Shown here piece by piece: positions 60,332 through 64,000 of a stretch of 64,000 bases of DNA. Within the stretch, counting starts at the first letter, position 1. Every line of letters begins with the position of its first letter. The stretch lies in the NCBI GenBank assembly GCA_964016885.1, contig OZ024741.1:174096001-174160000 (forward strand), read 5' to 3'. The notes beneath the pieces are model-generated. The model searched no databases. It was given only the letters and a program-made list of their open reading frames with translations, and had not been told where the DNA came from. The position numbers and the translations under genes were made by a program. This stretch comes from Eledone cirrhosa (taxonomy: Eukaryota).

Positions 60332-61422
60332 AGATAGAAAAATGCGTACAGCAAAAAAAAGTAATATTGTTGGAATATAAACCTTTAAAAATACAGGACA
60401 AGAAACTAAAATAAAACTTTAAAAGAATAGGACAAGAAACTAAGATAAAACTTTAAAAGAATAGGACAAGAAACTAAGATAAAACTTTAAAGAATTGGAC
60501 AAGAAATAAAAAATTTTACAATAATATTAATGGCAACATTTTTTTATTTGTTTCCTGTGCTATGCCCAAGTATCTTCTTGATTAGTGCATAATAATTGTC
60601 ATGCTCTCATTGTGCGTTGCCCCTGAGCGGTTGATTCTGGTTGGGGTTGGTTGGCTGAGCAGTTCTGCTCCGTCAGAATGACCATTGCAAGAAGAATTGG
60701 CCGATGGAGCTGCAGGTCTCCTCCAAGAATGCACTTCTGGTCCCGCAACACCAGACGAAGATGGAGAAGACGACCGGGACAAGATGTCGACTCTGACCAC
60801 CGACTACGGCACCTCCCTCAACCACCAGTCCTCCCTCCCTCTGTCCCGTCATCTCTCCAGTCCTCCTGCTCCCCCTTCTTGTACCAGAAAGCTGTGGCAC
60901 GCATTCAGCTGGACTGCCGGACTTGAACTCAAGGACAAGATGCAAGGAGAAGATGGACTGGTTGGTCAAGATCAAGGATGAGTGGGACGACAAGACCGTC
61001 CGCTGCTGCTCAAGATCTGTGCTCATGGGCCCATGGATCCATTCACATTATGCATGACACATGAGGCGTGTCGCCGAATGATGAAATAGGGGTATGGTTA
61101 TGGCCCAATTGGTGTTCAAACCAGGATCAAATGATCCCCCCCCGTTCTGACGACGACCTCTGAATGTGGAACCCAGAGCCTATGAATGTGGAACTCGATT
61201 TTTTACCAATAAAAATTTTGCCACTAATATTATTGTAAAATTTTTTATTTCTTGTCCAATTCTTTAAAGTTTTATTTTAGTTTCTTGTCCTATTCTTTTA
61301 AAGTTTTATCTTAGTTTCTTGTCCTATTCTTTTAAAGTTTTATTTTAGTTTCTTGTCCTGTATTTTTAAAGGTTTATATTCCAACAATATTACTTTTTTT
61401 TGCTGTACGCATTTTTCTATCT
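60332..61422. mobile_element. Foldback-type element: ~215-bp inverted repeats containing 34-bp tandem modules around a GC-richer ~650-bp core
   Basis: AGATAGAAAAATGCGTACAGCAAAAAAAAGTAATATTGTTGG ... CCAACAATATTACTTTTTTTTGCTGTACGCATTTTTCTATCT. The module AGGACAAGAAACTAAGATAAAACTTTAAAAGAAT occurs 3-4 times per arm. Confidence 0.85.
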
Positions 61423-61434
61423 TATATATATTTG

Positions 61435-61755
61435 TAGAATGGAAAACAAAAATCAGTGATGCATCGGAACTCAATTTATTGTGTTACAATTGTTTCCCCA
61501 GCGAACAGCTTGAGGTGCGATCTGTGTGTGGATTGACCTGACTCTAAACTCGCAGGTTCCTTGGACACATCTATTGATTGCGGAGCATGTCCTCTTTCAT
61601 GCTCCGAAATCAATAGACGTGTCCGAGGAACCTGCGAGTTTAGAGTCAGGTCAATCCACACACAGATCGCACCTCAAGCTGTTCGCCGGGGAAACAATTG
61701 TAACACACAATAAATTGAGTTCGAATGCATCACTGATTTTTCGTTTTCCATTCTA
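61435..61755. mobile_element. About 320-bp non-coding palindrome with head-to-head HHR-like motifs
   Basis: Arms 61435-61589 and 61598-61755 with an 8-nt loop TCCTCTTT. Each arm has GTGT-CC(G/A)AGGA-long stem II-GAAACAATTGTA-ACAC-AATAAA facing outward. Confidence 0.9.
61619..61706 (+). ncRNA. Type I hammerhead-like motif with U4C core (CCGAGGA) and extended stem II; mirror copy at 61481-61568 on the minus strand has CCAAGGA
   Basis: Stem I GTGT/ACAC. Core at 61623-61629. Stem II CCTGCGAG/TTCGCCGG. GAAA at 61691-61694. Stem III is the palindrome ACAATTGT. GUA site at 61702. AATAAA at 61709-61714. Confidence 0.62.
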
Positions 61756-61828
61756 TAATACTCTGCTCCATAGGAGCATAGAGTGCTCAACCGGCATACC
61801 GCCTATGGAAGCATCTTAGCTACCATTA

Positions 61829-61866
<38 letters not shown>

Positions 61867-62099
61867 CATCATCATCGTTTAACGTCCATTTTCCATACTA
61901 GCATGGATTGGACGGCTTTGTCCCACTTGAGGCAAGACTGCCCTTCCTAACACCAACCACATTTACAGTGTGGACTGGGAGCCTTTTTACCATGTCTCCT
62001 ACATGACCACTTTACAGTGTGGACAGGGTGCTTTTTGTTGTGTCATCTATCATCATCATTTTACATCCGCTCTTCCCTGCTTGCAAGGGTGGGACTATA

Positions 62100-64000
62100 T
62101 ATATATATATATATATATAAGAGAGTATTGAAGTTTGCTTGAAGCATTGTGGAATAATAAGGTAAATTTCTTTAAGTCGTTTGGAAGCCTCGACAATGCA
62201 GATGGGTAAATCTCCGGGTAACAAGATCCGGTGGTGGAGAGAGAGATGTAAGTGGGTGTACGTTGAGATGAGTGGCGTGTATAAGACTGTAGCGTGTAGA
62301 GGAATGAAGGAAAGAGCGTAAAGGATAAAAATAAAAATAAAAATAACAACAGAGATAGAGTTACCTTGGGAGAGATTTAATTGTCCCTATATATTTCGGA
62401 TTCACATCCATCAACTGGAGTTTTTTCCGGGGAGGGGGGGTTGTCTGTCGGAAAGGTGCGAAACGTGTCCTCCGCTGTTCGTTGTTTTGAATATCTGAGG
62501 TATTCAGCAGAGCGCGCATGCGCATGAAATGGGGTCGGTCAAGCAGAGGTCAGCGGTCGAAGTAGTTCTTTCAATTGTGGGAGTGGGGTGGCGCTAGCTG
62601 TCAGTCCATAGTATTCTCTGCCTGTTTGGTGATTGTTACTGCATGTGTGTGTGTGTGCGTGTGTAGTTGTCTCGCTTGAGTGTGTGTGTGTGTGTGTTGT
62701 TGCCTTGTTCCTCTGTATTGGCAGTGTAGTATGTCCGTATGGTGGAATGCTACTGTGTGTGTGTGTGCATGTGTTGCTGTCTCGCTTGTGTGTGTGTGTG
62801 CGTGTATTGCTGCATCGTTTCTTAACTTAAACCAACCACCTCATTTCGCTTCTCTCGGATCGGTTGTTTAATTGTGGCCCTAGGCATTTGATCCAAAGTG
62901 CTTCCTTGATACATAATGTGCCGACGTTTCTTTCTGTCACTAGAATTATGACAATGGGCCTTCCGTCTTTGTTTCCGCATTTGGCTATGTGTTTCCGGAA
63001 AGACGAGGCCCTGGTGTTAGTGTGTTCCTTGATCCAGATGTGCAACGGCCGGATTGTGCTACCTATATAGTATTGGTTGCACTTGTTACATTCTATCTCA
63101 TACACGACGTATGTGCGTAGGCAACAGTTCGCATGGCGCATCGGGCAGTGTCTGAGGGAGCACGCGTCAATTGATTTCCCGGGTTTCCTGGAGAGGCATC
63201 TTCACAGGGAGGGGCCCAAGTGGGCCAGGTGGATGTCGAGGCCCTCCCTCCATATAGCCTTGCGGATAGCGTTGGTGGTATTCTCGCCCAGGTGTGGCAT
63301 TTTAAGGAAGCACTTGCCTTGGGTGCCTCTCTGTCTCTTGTGTCTGGTGTCTCCTACTCTGTCTGTGAGCGAGGTAGGGTACCCGTTCATCTCCAGCACC
63401 TCAAGGAATCGCTTGGTATGAGTGACACCACTCGCGGGATCGCTGCATCTGTTTTTGATTCACGCGATCTCGTTCATGATGTATCCTCTTTTGGCACTGT
63501 TAGGGAGGGCGGACTTGTAGTGGACGAACAGGTCCCTGCAGGCTGCCTTTCGGTAGAAGTTGCAGTGGATCCCTCCCTGTTCCGTGATGTTGATTCGGAA
63601 GTCGAGGAGGGCAAGTGACCCGTCGTCGCTGGGGTGTTCAAACCTGAAGTCAATGTTCTCGTCCATGTTGTTGAACGTCTCATAGATTCTGTTCACCATG
63701 TCTTGGGAAGATGTGAAGATGAGGATATCGTCCACGTACCTTGAGAAAAAGGCAACGGCGTTGAGTGCCTTGCGCTCGAGGCTGTCCATGTAAGAGATCG
63801 CTAGCACACCCGACAGGCTTGATCCCATGGGCAGTCCCAAGGTTTGTTGGTATGTTTGGTCAAGGAATCCGATGGATAGGAGTTGGTGGATGTCAGTGGT
63901 GGTGAGCCTGAAGCAGTGTAGGTCGATGGATTGGACGTGTTCCATCAGTATATTAACGGCCGGGAGTGCCGGGACCGAGGTGTAGAGAGCGACTACATCA
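62100..64000 (-). mobile_element. Penelope/Poseidon-type PLE: frameshifted RT + GIY-YIG and 3' UTR; runs off the right edge
   Basis: DVVALYTSVP, YQQTLGLPMGSSLSGVLA..YM, RYVDD, LLDFRI, YRK...HYKSALP, VVYEIECNKCNQYYIGSTIRPL..IKEH, KEALWIK..PQLN. Confidence 0.92.

Noticed and set aside
60685-60981. 98-aa ORF in the foldback core as a real gene
   Set aside because: No recognisable domain or splice context. It is kept only as an unexplained part of the element.
61141-61205. CTGACGA followed by a CTCTG/CAGAG hairpin in the foldback core
   Set aside because: There is no GAAA box and no stem III or stem I partner, so it is not called a ribozyme.
62380-62480. Expected HHR in the 3' UTR of the terminal Penelope element (GGATGTGAATCC-GAAA-TATATA-GGGA on minus; GAAACGTGTC on plus)
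   Set aside because: 3' halves are present, but no acceptable CUGANGA or UUGANAA box lies at the right position.

Overview
This is AT-rich, microsatellite-dense animal genomic DNA. The repeat content (tRNA-derived SINEs, RTE and Dong/R4 LINEs, Penelope-like elements, (TA)n/(CA)n/(ATC)n tracts) suggests a coleoid cephalopod such as Octopus; that taxon call is an inference. One spliced + strand host gene runs through the window. Nine GT-AG exons between 19385 and 56688 join in one reading frame and encode the C-terminal part of a SPEF2 (sperm flagellar protein 2) homolog, which continues beyond the last exon found. Almost all other long ORFs are transposon remnants or translated satellites. The least expected signal is a set of hammerhead ribozyme (HHR) motifs read by hand. 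One is a U3-A8 core variant at the 3' end of a Naiad-like Penelope element, and two are minimal type I motifs at 41.2 kb and 48.5 kb. Two non-coding palindromic elements (9324-10324 and 61435-61755), alike only in their ribozyme/AATAAA ends, each carry a head-to-head pair of HHR motifs followed by AATAAA on both strands. Also notable are RTE LINEs with a C4HC3 PHD finger inserted inside the reverse transcriptase, repeated insertion into (TA)n, a foldback element with modular TIRs, and a 1290-bp higher-order repeat in a 15-bp satellite. All coordinates were counted by hand, boundaries of degraded repeats are approximate, and no database search or folding program was run.
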